A DNA stretch of 64,000 nt from an uncultured bacterium (GCA_963746775.1 CAVVCK010000001.1:275050-339049), one strand, 5' to 3'. Positions 9,684-18,855 are shown, numbered from the stretch's first letter. Translations and numbers: made by a program. The notes: a model not told the origin generated them from the letters alone.

Positions 9684-10196
9684 TTAATCCTGTCTATTGC
9701 CAAAAGAAGGCATGTCTTTATTCATATCTTCAAATCGCTTTTTTTCATCATCAGTAACTTGCCCATCAGCACAAATATTATTAATTAAATCTTGCCTGGC
9801 TTGCATATTCTGCCTAAATTCATCTGAATTAAAATTACTGTTATTGCTATTATTTCCATTATCAGGCGTACCTTGTAATCCTTGCCTATTGCCAAACCTC
9901 GAAGGATCAAAATTGTTAGACCCACTATCCTGTCCTCCATCTTTATAATTTTTGCAAATATCTTCAATATTAAAATCACGTCCTGCCTGTCCCTTTAAGC
10001 CTTGCGTATTATTCTTTTTTATAAAAAGAAAATAGACAGCAATTGAAGCAATAATTATTAAAGCTGCTAAATTAATAATTATAATGGCTTTACTTATTTT
10101 TCTCTTACCCGCCGAAGCCTTAGCGGAGGTGGGTTTCCCCTTATTTTTACCTGTCTCTTCAACAACAGATTGATCATTGTTTTTTTCTTCGGACAT
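9684..10196 (-). CDS. Hypothetical membrane-anchored low-complexity protein.
   Basis: 170 aa with one TM helix and G/N/Q-rich tails. Confidence 0.45.
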   Translation of the reverse strand: MSEEKNNDQSVVEETGKNKGKPTSAKASAGKRKISKAIIIINLAALIIIASIAVYFLFIKKNNTQGLKGQAGRDFNIEDICKNYKDGGQDSGSNNFDPSRFGNRQGLQGTPDNGNNSNNSNFNSDEFRQNMQARQDLINNICADGQVTDDEKKRFEDMNKDMPSFGNRQD

Positions 10197-10256
10197 ATTT
10201 TTTTAAATTATTTTATTAATTCTTAGATCTTATACTTTATATCTAACATTGAATGT

Positions 10257-11471
10257 TTATTCATACCTTAGTGCATCTATCGGATTCAACTTTGCTGCTC
10301 TTCTGGCTGGATAATAACCAAAGATCACCCCGATAGCCACCGAAACACCAAAAGCCAACAAAACCGAGGAAGTAGTAATAGTGGTAGTGGTATTTAAAAA
10401 TGTTTTAACTAAATAAGAAGCCAAAAAACCCAAGGAAATTCCAATCACTCCACCCAAAAAAGTAAGCATAATAGATTCAGCTAAAAATTGTTTATTAATA
10501 TCACTACTCTTAGCACCAATAGCTTTCCTTAAACCAATTTCACGAGTGCGCTCTGTCACTGAGGTCAACATCATATTCATAATACCAATACCCCCAACCA
10601 ATAAAGATATGCCAGCAATTGCTCCCAGTAAAATTGTCAACGTACCAGTTACTGAAGAAGCCATGGATACTAGATCGGCCATATTACTTACATTAAAATC
10701 TGCTTCATCAGCATTGCTTATTTTATGAAGACTAAGTAAAAGCGAAGTAACATCTGTTTGAGCCTGATCCATTTTATCTTGGCTCGCTACTTTAACATTA
10801 ATACTGGATAAATATTTATCACCACTAAAATAGCGCTGCAACACATCAAGCGGTATAAAAACACTATCATCAGAACTATTAAAACCGCTACCCGTAGCCT
10901 CTATAACTCCTATCACTTTAAAGCTTAGGCCATTTACTTTAATAGCTTGACCAAGTGGATTTACTCCCTCTCCAAATAAATCGATTACTACATTCGCTCC
11001 TAAGACTGCTACTTTAGAAGAGCTTTTAATATTGCTTTGGGTTATAAAAATACCCCGGGAAAGCTTTATATTTCTCACTGTTTGATATTCTGGATAAACA
11101 CCATTAATAGAAGCATTGGTATTATTTTTTTTGGCAGTAATTTGTTCTCGGCTAGAAGCTTCAGGAGAGACTGCCTCTATACTAGTAATTTTTTTAATAG
11201 CTTCAGCATCATCTAAAGTTAAACTTTGAGCTGTTCCCTGACCAGACATCACCGGCCCAAAACTTCTCTGTCTACCAGAACTAATAGTCAATAAATTAGC
11301 TCCATTTGCTTCTATACTCTGCGTGATAGAAGTGCTGGTTCCCTGTCCAATTGAAACTAGGGCTATCACAGAAGCAATACCAATCACTATACCTAAAATA
11401 GTTAGGGCTGATCTAGCTCTATTGGAAACAATGGCTGAATACGTTTCTTTTATTAAATCTTTGTATAACAT
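10257..11471 (-). CDS. macB: ABC transporter permease, FtsX/MacB family.
   Basis: N-terminal TM helix, large periplasmic domain, and a C-terminal 3-TM FtsX-type bundle. It is the last gene of the adaptor-ATPase-permease operon. Confidence 0.8.
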   Translation of the reverse strand: MLYKDLIKETYSAIVSNRARSALTILGIVIGIASVIALVSIGQGTSTSITQSIEANGANLLTISSGRQRSFGPVMSGQGTAQSLTLDDAEAIKKITSIEAVSPEASSREQITAKKNNTNASINGVYPEYQTVRNIKLSRGIFITQSNIKSSSKVAVLGANVVIDLFGEGVNPLGQAIKVNGLSFKVIGVIEATGSGFNSSDDSVFIPLDVLQRYFSGDKYLSSINVKVASQDKMDQAQTDVTSLLLSLHKISNADEADFNVSNMADLVSMASSVTGTLTILLGAIAGISLLVGGIGIMNMMLTSVTERTREIGLRKAIGAKSSDINKQFLAESIMLTFLGGVIGISLGFLASYLVKTFLNTTTTITTSSVLLAFGVSVAIGVIFGYYPARRAAKLNPIDALRYE

Positions 11472-11559
11472 AATTATTGCGATACTAATATACTAATGCA
11501 TACGAATCATACGAATAAATTATTAGTATAATTAGTATCAATTCATATATTGACATCGA

Positions 11560-12285
11560 TTACAAATTCAATCCCTGCTTTGCCGTCCTTTTTTTGCTAT
11601 TTTTATAATCATTAATAATTTCTCCATCTTTAATATCTATTATCCGATCAGTAAATTCAGCTACCTCCTGTTCATGGGTTATTAAAACAATACTTTTTTT
11701 CTTCTCTCTATTTAATTTTTCAAAAGTAGCCATTACAATATCACCAGTTTTACTATCTAAATTACCAGTTGGCTCATCGGCTAATAATAAATCAGGATTA
11801 TTAACTAAAGCACGGGCAATTGCCACTCTTTGCATTTGTCCACCTGATAATTGATTAGATAAATGGTTCCAAATTTTTTCATCTTCTAAGCCAACATCTA
11901 TCAAGGCTTTCTTAGCCATTTCTTCCCTCTGGATTATATTCTTGGGTTCACCAGTATAAACAAAAGGAAGCATAACGTTCTTTAATACCGTAGCCCTTTT
12001 TAATAAATTAAAACTCTGAAAAACAAAACCAATACTTTTTAATCTTATATTTGCTAAATCATTATCGGTTAGTTTAGATACATCTTTATTTTTAAGAAAA
12101 TATTCTCCAGAAGTTGGTGTATCTAGCATACCAATAATATTCATAAGAGTAGATTTACCCGAACCAGACGGTCCCATAATAGCTACAAACTCACCTTCAT
12201 TGATTTTAATATTAATCCCTTTCAAAACCTTTGTTTCAATCTCTCCAATCTTATAATTTTTAATAATATCTTTTAATTCAATCAT
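11560..12285 (-). CDS. ABC transporter ATP-binding protein (MacB/LolD-type).
   Basis: Walker [10 protein letters not shown], signature [15 protein letters not shown], Walker B LLLADEPT, and H-loop. Confidence 0.9.
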   Translation of the reverse strand: MIELKDIIKNYKIGEIETKVLKGINIKINEGEFVAIMGPSGSGKSTLMNIIGMLDTPTSGEYFLKNKDVSKLTDNDLANIRLKSIGFVFQSFNLLKRATVLKNVMLPFVYTGEPKNIIQREEMAKKALIDVGLEDEKIWNHLSNQLSGGQMQRVAIARALVNNPDLLLADEPTGNLDSKTGDIVMATFEKLNREKKKSIVLITHEQEVAEFTDRIIDIKDGEIINDYKNSKKRTAKQGLNL

Positions 12286-12320
12286 TTTTTATCTATATTA
12301 GTGTAAATTACGAATTAAGT

Positions 12321-12470
12321 AATTATCCGCTATATCCACTATAATCCGCTTATCCGCAATACTACAAAAAGCAGATTTGGCAGATTTATGCAGTTGCCTC
12401 TGACGGTAACTCGCCGTTAGAGGCGAGATAAGCGGAAAAATATATAAAGAATTTCATAATTCGCATTATT
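12321..12470. repeat. Dispersed intergenic repeat, copy A. It has four phased ~9-bp atccgc units, then a conserved tail, with a nested gcctct...agaggc hairpin.
   Basis: Shares the atccgc/atccac/atccgc/atccgc phasing (9, 10, 8 bp) and the tail ...gcggattt...atgcag...ataagcgRaaaaaYatataa..atttYataattcgcatt with 27811-27930. Confidence 0.65.
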
Positions 12471-12472
12471 AA

Positions 12473-13975
12473 CTAATCTCTACCCCTTGCTCCTCCGCCC
12501 AATGGTATTAAAGACCCGCCGCCGCTGTTCGTACTAGTTGAAGAATTAGTAGCTTGACTGCTGCTAGTAGCATCAGTACTACTTAGAACTATCACATCTC
12601 CTTCTTGCAAACCGCTATTTATTTCAATATTCACATCATCAGTAAGTCCAATTTCTACTTTGACTAATTTAGTACTAGTATTATCCGAGAAAGCATTACG
12701 CATATCTACATTTTTATCCGTAACCAATTCTATATAACTACCGTCCATTTGTTCTTTAACAGCTGAGCTTGGAATTAATAGCACATTTTCTTTTTTATTA
12801 GTAATTATTTCCGCATTAACCGTCATACCATTTTTTATTCTTTCATCATAACCATCAAAATTAATAGTTACATTATTATAGACTACACCCTGGTCTTGTG
12901 TACCAATTAGATCTATTTTAGTAACTGTGCCAGTCATTTTTAAATCTTCCAGAGCATCAAAGGTCAAATTAGCCTTTTGATCTTTCTGAATATTCGGAAC
13001 ATCAACTTCATTAATAGCCACTACTGTATTTTTATTTTTAGAAGTCAAAATAGCCAAAGCACTAGAGCTAGCTGAAGAGCTGGAAGCACTACTGGAGCTG
13101 GTAGAAGAAGATCCTCCCCCGCCTGATATCTTTTCCCCTTCAGTTATATTCAAAGAAGCAATGATACCATCTTTGGGAGCAATAATGGTATAATCTTTTT
13201 TTTGTAAAATTAAATCATTTAATTTACTTTGTTTATCTTGAATTGAAATTTCTTGCAAATTAACTTCCGTTGCATCCGCTCCTTCTTTTGTTTTTTCTAA
13301 AGCTTTCTCCGCTTCATTTATCTTAGCTTCTGCTTCAGAAATTTTAAGAGGATGATTCAAATTATATTCTCCTATTTGACGATCTGCAGCTGATATTTGT
13401 GATTGATAAGAAGATTTTTTGCTTGCGTAATCCGGAGAATTTGTGTCAAGTTTATTTAAATTATCCTGAGCTATCGCTCTGTCTTCTTTAGCTGCTGCTA
13501 ACTGATTTTTTTGAGCTAATTCTAGTTCTGATAAATTATTTTTAGCTGTTTGCAAATCATTTTCTGATTTTTTAATATCATAATCACTAGGCTGCTCTTG
13601 CAATTTTTTTAAAGAAAGTTGAGCCGATTGTACAGCTAATTGCGCCTGATAAATTTGATTATCTAAATCAGAAGTATTAATTTGAGCAATTAAATCACCC
13701 GCTTTTACTTCTTGCCCTTCAGTTACTGCTACTTTAGTAACTTCTCCTGACACTTCAGCAGTAATATCACTCTGATCCGTATCTCCTACTTGACCAGTAG
13801 CTGAGACTACAGTTTCTATATTTCCTTTTGTTACTTTTCCTAGCTCATAACTTGTTCCAGTTGATTTCTTAGGTAATAATTCTTTATAAACAAAATAGCC
13901 GGCCAATACTGCCGCCACTAAAATCATAATTGTCGTTAGCTTGTGATTTTTCACAAATTCTCTTATTTTTTTCAT
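12473..13975 (-). CDS. macA: Periplasmic adaptor / membrane fusion protein (HlyD/MacA family) with Ser-rich linkers.
   Basis: N-terminal TM anchor, long coiled-coil hairpin region, and a beta-barrel C-terminus. It is the first gene of the operon with the ABC ATPase and permease. Confidence 0.75.
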   Translation of the reverse strand: MKKIREFVKNHKLTTIMILVAAVLAGYFVYKELLPKKSTGTSYELGKVTKGNIETVVSATGQVGDTDQSDITAEVSGEVTKVAVTEGQEVKAGDLIAQINTSDLDNQIYQAQLAVQSAQLSLKKLQEQPSDYDIKKSENDLQTAKNNLSELELAQKNQLAAAKEDRAIAQDNLNKLDTNSPDYASKKSSYQSQISAADRQIGEYNLNHPLKISEAEAKINEAEKALEKTKEGADATEVNLQEISIQDKQSKLNDLILQKKDYTIIAPKDGIIASLNITEGEKISGGGGSSSTSSSSASSSSASSSALAILTSKNKNTVVAINEVDVPNIQKDQKANLTFDALEDLKMTGTVTKIDLIGTQDQGVVYNNVTINFDGYDERIKNGMTVNAEIITNKKENVLLIPSSAVKEQMDGSYIELVTDKNVDMRNAFSDNTSTKLVKVEIGLTDDVNIEINSGLQEGDVIVLSSTDATSSSQATNSSTSTNSGGGSLIPLGGGARGRD

Positions 13976-14119
13976 TTTCTATAATTAAAATTTTTAAGAT
14001 ACCAAAAAATAAGGTTTCTTTTTATTTATATTTATTTATACGCTATTATCTTCTCTTTGTTTCAAAATATTTAAATTAATTAAAAAATACCTATTAAACA
14101 ATCTTGTTAATTATAAACT

Positions 14120-14395
14120 TTACTCAACCACCCTAATTGCCTTCCCCTCTATTATTGCTTCAGACATTTTTCTATAAGCAGAAGATAGGATTCTCTGAAA
14201 AGTACTCTGAGAAGTCTTCATCGCTTTCGCACATTCAATTTGATCCAAATTTTCTATATTTTTTAATCTTAGTGCTTCTACTTCTTCTCTAGTTAATTCA
14301 ACTATTTCCAAATGCCTAACAGGTATTCCTTGCGGTTTAAAATATTTTACTTTTGGATTAAATCTAATCCTTCGACAAAGTTTTGGTCTTACCAT
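14120..14395 (-). CDS. DUF134/UPF0251-family predicted DNA-binding protein.
   Basis: MVRPKLCRRIRFNPKVKYFKPQGIP...LTREEVEALRLKNIENLDQIECAKAMKTSQSTFQRIL carries the characteristic N-terminal RPxxCRR..F.P...YFKP motif and a sigma-70 region-4-like HTH. Confidence 0.7.
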   Translation of the reverse strand: MVRPKLCRRIRFNPKVKYFKPQGIPVRHLEIVELTREEVEALRLKNIENLDQIECAKAMKTSQSTFQRILSSAYRKMSEAIIEGKAIRVVE

Positions 14396-14459
14396 AATAT
14401 TAATAGTTTATATAAATACTAACCCGTAGAGACAATATACAAATTGCCTCCACAAATCA

Positions 14460-14699
14460 TTATTTCTCAAGGCTCTTTTTCTCCTCTTCTATTGCTTTCA
14501 ATTCTTCTCTCAACATTTTTTCCTGGTTATTTAACATTTTCATTTTATCTTCCTTGGAATCAAACTGCAAACCCATTCTCATCCCACGATTATAACATCT
14601 TCCTCCAAATCCTTTTTTCATTCCTTGACCGCAATTACCCATTCCTCTACCTGTTCCAGATCCTGCGCCTTGAGGACCTGTTCCGTCAAATTCTGGCAT
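14460..14699 (-). CDS. DUF5320-like small protein. The likely true start is the internal ATG at 14699; the track ORF extends to 14777.
   Basis: MPEFDGTGPQGAGSGTGRGMGNCGQG... followed by a C-terminal coiled coil. A strong GGAGGTGG site lies 5 nt upstream of the 14699 ATG. Confidence 0.55.
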   Translation of the reverse strand: MPEFDGTGPQGAGSGTGRGMGNCGQGMKKGFGGRCYNRGMRMGLQFDSKEDKMKMLNNQEKMLREELKAIEEEKKSLEK

Positions 14700-14898
14700 A
14701 TTTACCACCTCCCTTCCTCGCCCGCCGAAGCCTAAGCGAAAACGGGTCATTGCTCGTCTACGCTTTGGTATAGGCAAACTATTATTTTTCTTAATTCTAT
14801 TTTAAATATATACCCATAACTAATTTATGTCAAATATTTTTTTTGCTTTTTTTAAAAAACTGTTATAATGTTATTTCAATAAAAAATAATTAAAAATC

Positions 14899-15606
14899 AT
14901 GCCTGAAAAAAAATCAAATAGTTTCCTTTTCGGCCTAACGACCGGAGTAGCTATTGTTGCTCTCCTTGGCTTCCTCGCTACTACCATTGCTTCTTCACTG
15001 AAAATTGGAAAAAGTCAAGCCCAACCAGCTCAAGTAGCAGATACAAATAATAACAATGATTCCGTTCCAACTAATCCTACCCCAACTGCTAAAATTGATT
15101 TTGAAATAAAAGATACTGATCATATCCGAGGTAACAAAAATGCGCCTATTACTATCTTAGAGTATTCAGATTTTCAATGTCCTTACTGCGCCAGATTTCA
15201 TGAAACACTAACTCAAGTTATGAAAAATTACGATGGCAAAGTTAAATGGGTTTTTAGACAATTTCCTCTATCTGAACTTCATCCCTTTGCCGAAACTGCT
15301 GCCGAGGCTTCAGAATGTGCTAACGACCAAAATAAATTCTGGGAATATACTGATGAATTATATGCCAATCAATCATCCTTTAGTGCGGACTATTTCAAAA
15401 AAGCAGCCAAGAATATTGGACTTAATACCAGTAAATTTAATACTTGCCTAGATTCCGGAAAATATAAAGATAAAGTGGCCGCTGATTATGCTGAAGGCGA
15501 TGGCTACGGAGTATCGGGTACACCAGGCAGTTTCTTAAATGGAGAGGAATTAGGTGGTGCTGTGCCTTATGAAAGTTTAAAGGCTAAAATTGATAAGTTA
15601 TTATAA
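14899..15606 (+). CDS. DsbA/BdbD-like thiol:disulfide oxidoreductase, membrane anchored.
   Basis: N-terminal TM helix, thioredoxin fold with a CPYC active site (YSDFQCPYCARFH), and a cis-Pro region. Confidence 0.8.
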   Translation: MPEKKSNSFLFGLTTGVAIVALLGFLATTIASSLKIGKSQAQPAQVADTNNNNDSVPTNPTPTAKIDFEIKDTDHIRGNKNAPITILEYSDFQCPYCARFHETLTQVMKNYDGKVKWVFRQFPLSELHPFAETAAEASECANDQNKFWEYTDELYANQSSFSADYFKKAAKNIGLNTSKFNTCLDSGKYKDKVAADYAEGDGYGVSGTPGSFLNGEELGGAVPYESLKAKIDKLL

Positions 15607-15620
15607 ATTTTCAATTTTAG

Positions 15621-15688
15621 AAAAATTATTTACCTGGCTTTAGCCAGCTCTTATAACTCAAAGACCTCCTAATTTAGGAGGTCTTTTT
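15621..15688 (+). terminator. 31-bp repeat unit (copy 1) followed by a rho-independent terminator.
   Basis: aaaaattatttacctggctttagccagctct (identical copy at 16471-16501), then agacctcctaatttaggaggtct + TTTTT. Confidence 0.6.
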
Positions 15689-15728
15689 GGTTAAATAAAA
15701 TATGCTAAAATAGAATCTAAATAATAAA

Positions 15729-16238
15729 ATGAGAAGAGTATTAATTATTGGCTGCTGCGGATCCGGTAAATCAACATTTGCCAAAAAACTAAATAAAATA
15801 CTAAAACTAGAATTAATACATCTAGATAAATTATATTGGAAACCAGGCTGGCAGAGATCATCACAAGTAGAATGGACAAAAATTGTCCAAGAAATTATAG
15901 AAAAAGATAGTTGGATTATGGATGGAAATTATGACAGCACTCTTGATATGAGAATAGTAAAAGCTGATACTGTCGTCTTTTTTAATTTTCCTAGAATTAC
16001 TTGTCTATATAATACTTTCAAAAGAGCCTTGAGAGGAAAATTATTTAAAGTTGTCAGAAGCGATATTAAAGAAGGCTGTGGAGAAAAGCTAGATTGGACT
16101 TTTCTAAAATGGATCTGGAAATTTAATAAAGAAGTTCGCCTTAATTATTTAGAAAAATTATATAAATTAAAGAAAGAAAAGGAAATTATAATTTTACATA
16201 ATTACAAAGAGTCTGATGATTTTTTAGAAAAAAAGTAG
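15729..16238 (+). CDS. Topology-modulation-protein-like P-loop NTPase (adenylate-kinase-like fold).
   Basis: MRRVLIIGCCGSGKSTFAKKL...HLDKLYWKPGWQ matches the FlaR/topology modulation protein family N-terminus. Confidence 0.65.
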   Translation: MRRVLIIGCCGSGKSTFAKKLNKILKLELIHLDKLYWKPGWQRSSQVEWTKIVQEIIEKDSWIMDGNYDSTLDMRIVKADTVVFFNFPRITCLYNTFKRALRGKLFKVVRSDIKEGCGEKLDWTFLKWIWKFNKEVRLNYLEKLYKLKKEKEIIILHNYKESDDFLEKK

Positions 16239-16383
16239 GTTGGGTTGAGTACTCGAAACCCAACGATTAATGTAATTTATAATCACTCTAGATATTCATC
16301 CATAATAATTAAGAATACATTTATCTCTTCTTGTTTATTTTATCTAAAGGCACTTTAATCCTTTTTTTTATATTAAATTCGAT

Positions 16384-16466
16384 CGTTCCAGATATTTATC
16401 TGGAACGTAATAATTCAAGGATATATATCCTTGAAAACATTCCGTTGCGGATATATATCCGCAACG
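16384..16466. repeat. Array of three perfect palindromes with a shared gatatatatc core and covarying flanks, spaced about 30 bp apart.
   Basis: cgttccagatatttatctggaacg (16384-16407), tcaaggatatatatccttga (16415-16434), cgttgcggatatatatccgcaacg (16443-16466). A degenerate fourth lies at about 16562-16584 (gctccagataagtatctgtaac). Confidence 0.6.
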
Positions 16467-16470
16467 ATCA

Positions 16471-16543
16471 AAAAATTATTTACCTGGCTTTAGCCAGCTC
16501 TGTGTAAACACAAAAGAACTTCTAAATCTAGAAGTTCTTTTTT
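16471..16543 (+). terminator. 31-bp repeat unit (copy 2) followed by a second terminator hairpin.
   Basis: aaaaattatttacctggctttagccagctct, then agaacttctaaatctagaagttct + TTTTTT. Confidence 0.55.
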
Positions 16544-16625
16544 ATATAAAAATTTCAATCGCTCCAGATAAGTATCTGTAACAATTAAAATCTATTAAAA
16601 CATCCTCATTTATCCCCACCCCCAT

Positions 16626-16659
16626 TTGACAGCTCTATTTTATACCTATACCATAGGTA
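16626..16659 (+). promoter_or_regulatory. Putative csoR promoter (TTGACA -35) with an overlapping inverted-repeat operator candidate.
   Basis: Perfect ttgaca at 16626-16631. tacctat-acc-ataggta (16643-16659) overlaps the predicted -10 region, 30 bp upstream of the csoR start. Confidence 0.4.
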
Positions 16660-16688
16660 CAGGTTATAACTAATTTAAATTTAAAATA

Positions 16689-16961
16689 ATGACAAAATCC
16701 AAAGAAAAAACTCTTATCAATTTCAAAAAGGCAAAAAGCTCATTAGCAAAAATTGAAACAATGGTCAAAGAAGACAAATACTGCATCGATATTATGCAAC
16801 AAAACCTAGCTGTCATCGGTCTATTAAAATCCGCTCATCAAATGTTGATGGAAGGACACTTAAATTCCTGCTTCAAAAATGCTATGGCCGCCAAAAATGA
16901 AAAAAGAAAACAAGAAATGATTGATGAAATTTTAAGACTATCCAAAATAGCAAATAAATAA
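16689..16961 (+). CDS. csoR: CsoR/RcnR-family metal-sensing transcriptional repressor (probably copper-sensing).
   Basis: 90 aa helical protein with the family signature ...YCIDIMQQ...H(Q)...LMEGHLNSC (the Cys-His-Cys metal ligand triad positions are conserved). It sits upstream of copA. Confidence 0.75.
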   Translation: MTKSKEKTLINFKKAKSSLAKIETMVKEDKYCIDIMQQNLAVIGLLKSAHQMLMEGHLNSCFKNAMAAKNEKRKQEMIDEILRLSKIANK

Positions 16962-16965
16962 AATA

Positions 16966-17304
16966 ATGAAAAAATTATTTATAGCTATAATTAGTTTTAC
17001 TTCTATCACTCTAATTAGTTTTTCCATTTTTAGCTTTATCGCCCTAGGTCAAAATAATTTTGAAAAATTATCACCCCAAGAAATGTATGACCAAATAATT
17101 CAAGAAAGAAATTTGGCTATTGAAAAAGCAAAAGAACGCGGCGATTATAAATGCTGTATTTCTCCTCCCTGCACTATGTGTTATATGGAAGGCAACAAAT
17201 GGAACTACAACACTCCCGGTACCTGCGCTTGTGATGAATTTATCGCCCGCGGCGAAGATCCCTGCCCGCAATGCAAAAATAAAGCTTGTGAAGAAAACTC
17301 TTAA
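16966..17304 (+). CDS. Cys-rich membrane-anchored protein, putative metal binding.
   Basis: N-terminal TM helix and 10 Cys in the last 50 residues (CCISPPCTMCY, CACDEF, CPQCKNKAC). It lies inside the copper cluster. Confidence 0.45.
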   Translation: MKKLFIAIISFTSITLISFSIFSFIALGQNNFEKLSPQEMYDQIIQERNLAIEKAKERGDYKCCISPPCTMCYMEGNKWNYNTPGTCACDEFIARGEDPCPQCKNKACEENS

Positions 17305-17349
17305 TTAATTATCAATATCAAAAAATAAACGAAGAATTATTATAATTAA

Positions 17350-18846
17350 ATGCTCAAAAAAACAGAAATAAAAATCGAAGGCATGCACTGCCAAAGCTGC
17401 AAGACCTTGATTGAAACAGAAATAGATATCCTCGAAGGAGTTAAAGATATTAAAGTTGATTATGCTTCCGGCCAAGGATTTGTAGAATTTGATGACCAAA
17501 AAATATCTTTGGATAAAATCTATAACGCTATAGAAAAATTAAATTATAAAGTAGTTAAAAATACAGAGAAAGTTAAAAAAGATGTTAAAGAAAATAATTT
17601 ATATAAAAATATTGCTATCATTTCTGTTCTTATTCTCCTTTTTGTAGTTGGTTATTTCTTAATTAAATATTTAGGACTTCTGGAAATCCTCTCCCAATTA
17701 AACGAGAAGAAAGTAAGCTATTGGTTAATTTTTATTATAGGACTTCTAGCTAGTTTTCATTGTATTGGTATGTGCGGTGGCTTAGTTGTTACCTATACCG
17801 CCTCCAGCCAAAAAAAAGATAAGTGTAAGGACTGCCATAATAAATACACGCCTCATTGGCAGTACAATCTGGGAAGGCTTATATCATATACCACAATTGG
17901 AGCAATCTTAGGCGGTTTTGGATCATTTTTCGGTATTAATCCCCTTTTCACGGGTATTATAACTTTAGTAGCCGGAGTTTTTATGACCTTAATGGGATTA
18001 TCACTGCTTACTGATTTCAAATGGCTTAAAAAAGTAAAACTTAAAACACCACCCTTTATTGCTAAATTTCTATTTAGTCAAAAACACAGTCAAAAACCAA
18101 AAGGTCCCTTTATAATCGGCCTGCTTAATGGCTTTATGCCCTGCGGACCCCTGCAAGCTATGCAATTATACGCCCTAGCCTCAGGCAATATTGTAAGCGG
18201 AGCCTTATCTATGGGAATTTATGCCTTAGGAACCATACCTTTAATGTTTTTCTTTGGCAGTTTTATATCCTTTATCAGCCGGGAACGCATTAAACAAATA
18301 ATGAAAATATCCGGATTAATCGTAATAATATTAGGGGTTTTTATGTTTAATCGCGGACTTACTAATTTTGGACTAGGTTTTAGAGGCTTAGTTAGTAATG
18401 ATCAAACAAGCCAAACAGAATTTCAAGTCGCTGGCAATATTAATGAATATCAAGTTATAAACATGGATTTAACTTACCGAGGCTATGAACCTAATGTTCT
18501 TTATATTAAGAAAGGCATACCTGTTCGCTGGATAATAAATGTTAAACAAATGACCGGCTGTACTAATTCAATTATCTTACATGGGTATGATATAGAAAAG
18601 GATTTAAAAGAAGGAGAAAATATTATTGAATTTATACCAAAAGAAACAGGTGAAATAAAATTTTCCTGCTGGATGCAAATGGTCTGGGGTAAGTTTATTG
18701 TCACCGAGGGAGATGTAAATCCTAACCAGAGTCAAATAGAACTAGAATCTGAATCTCTGTCTGAAGGATCATGTGGCGGTGATGGATCTTGTGGAGGAAG
18801 CTGCGGGCAATCTTCTTGTGGATGTGGTACAATAAAAAGTAATTAA
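17350..18846 (+). CDS. HMA-domain protein fused to a polytopic Cys-motif membrane domain and a C-terminal cupredoxin-like domain.
   Basis: N-terminal heavy-metal-associated fold with GMHCQSC. The TM domain has HCIGMCGG and MPCGP motifs reminiscent of DsbD_2/CcdA-like metal transporters. The C-terminal beta domain is cupredoxin-like (GCTNSIILHGYD...FSCWMQM), followed by a Cys/Gly tail SCGGDGSCGGSCGQSSCGCG. Confidence 0.65.
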   Translation: MLKKTEIKIEGMHCQSCKTLIETEIDILEGVKDIKVDYASGQGFVEFDDQKISLDKIYNAIEKLNYKVVKNTEKVKKDVKENNLYKNIAIISVLILLFVVGYFLIKYLGLLEILSQLNEKKVSYWLIFIIGLLASFHCIGMCGGLVVTYTASSQKKDKCKDCHNKYTPHWQYNLGRLISYTTIGAILGGFGSFFGINPLFTGIITLVAGVFMTLMGLSLLTDFKWLKKVKLKTPPFIAKFLFSQKHSQKPKGPFIIGLLNGFMPCGPLQAMQLYALASGNIVSGALSMGIYALGTIPLMFFFGSFISFISRERIKQIMKISGLIVIILGVFMFNRGLTNFGLGFRGLVSNDQTSQTEFQVAGNINEYQVINMDLTYRGYEPNVLYIKKGIPVRWIINVKQMTGCTNSIILHGYDIEKDLKEGENIIEFIPKETGEIKFSCWMQMVWGKFIVTEGDVNPNQSQIELESESLSEGSCGGDGSCGGSCGQSSCGCGTIKSN

Positions 18847-18855
18847 CAATAAAAT

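Noticed and set aside
14444-14773. Plus-strand 109-aa ORF.
   Set aside because: It is the antisense frame of the DUF5320 gene. The minus frame has a clear SD and family motifs.
16384-16466. Possible CRISPR array.
   Set aside because: The units are palindromes with differing flanks rather than identical direct repeats separated by unique spacers. There are only three units and no cas genes.
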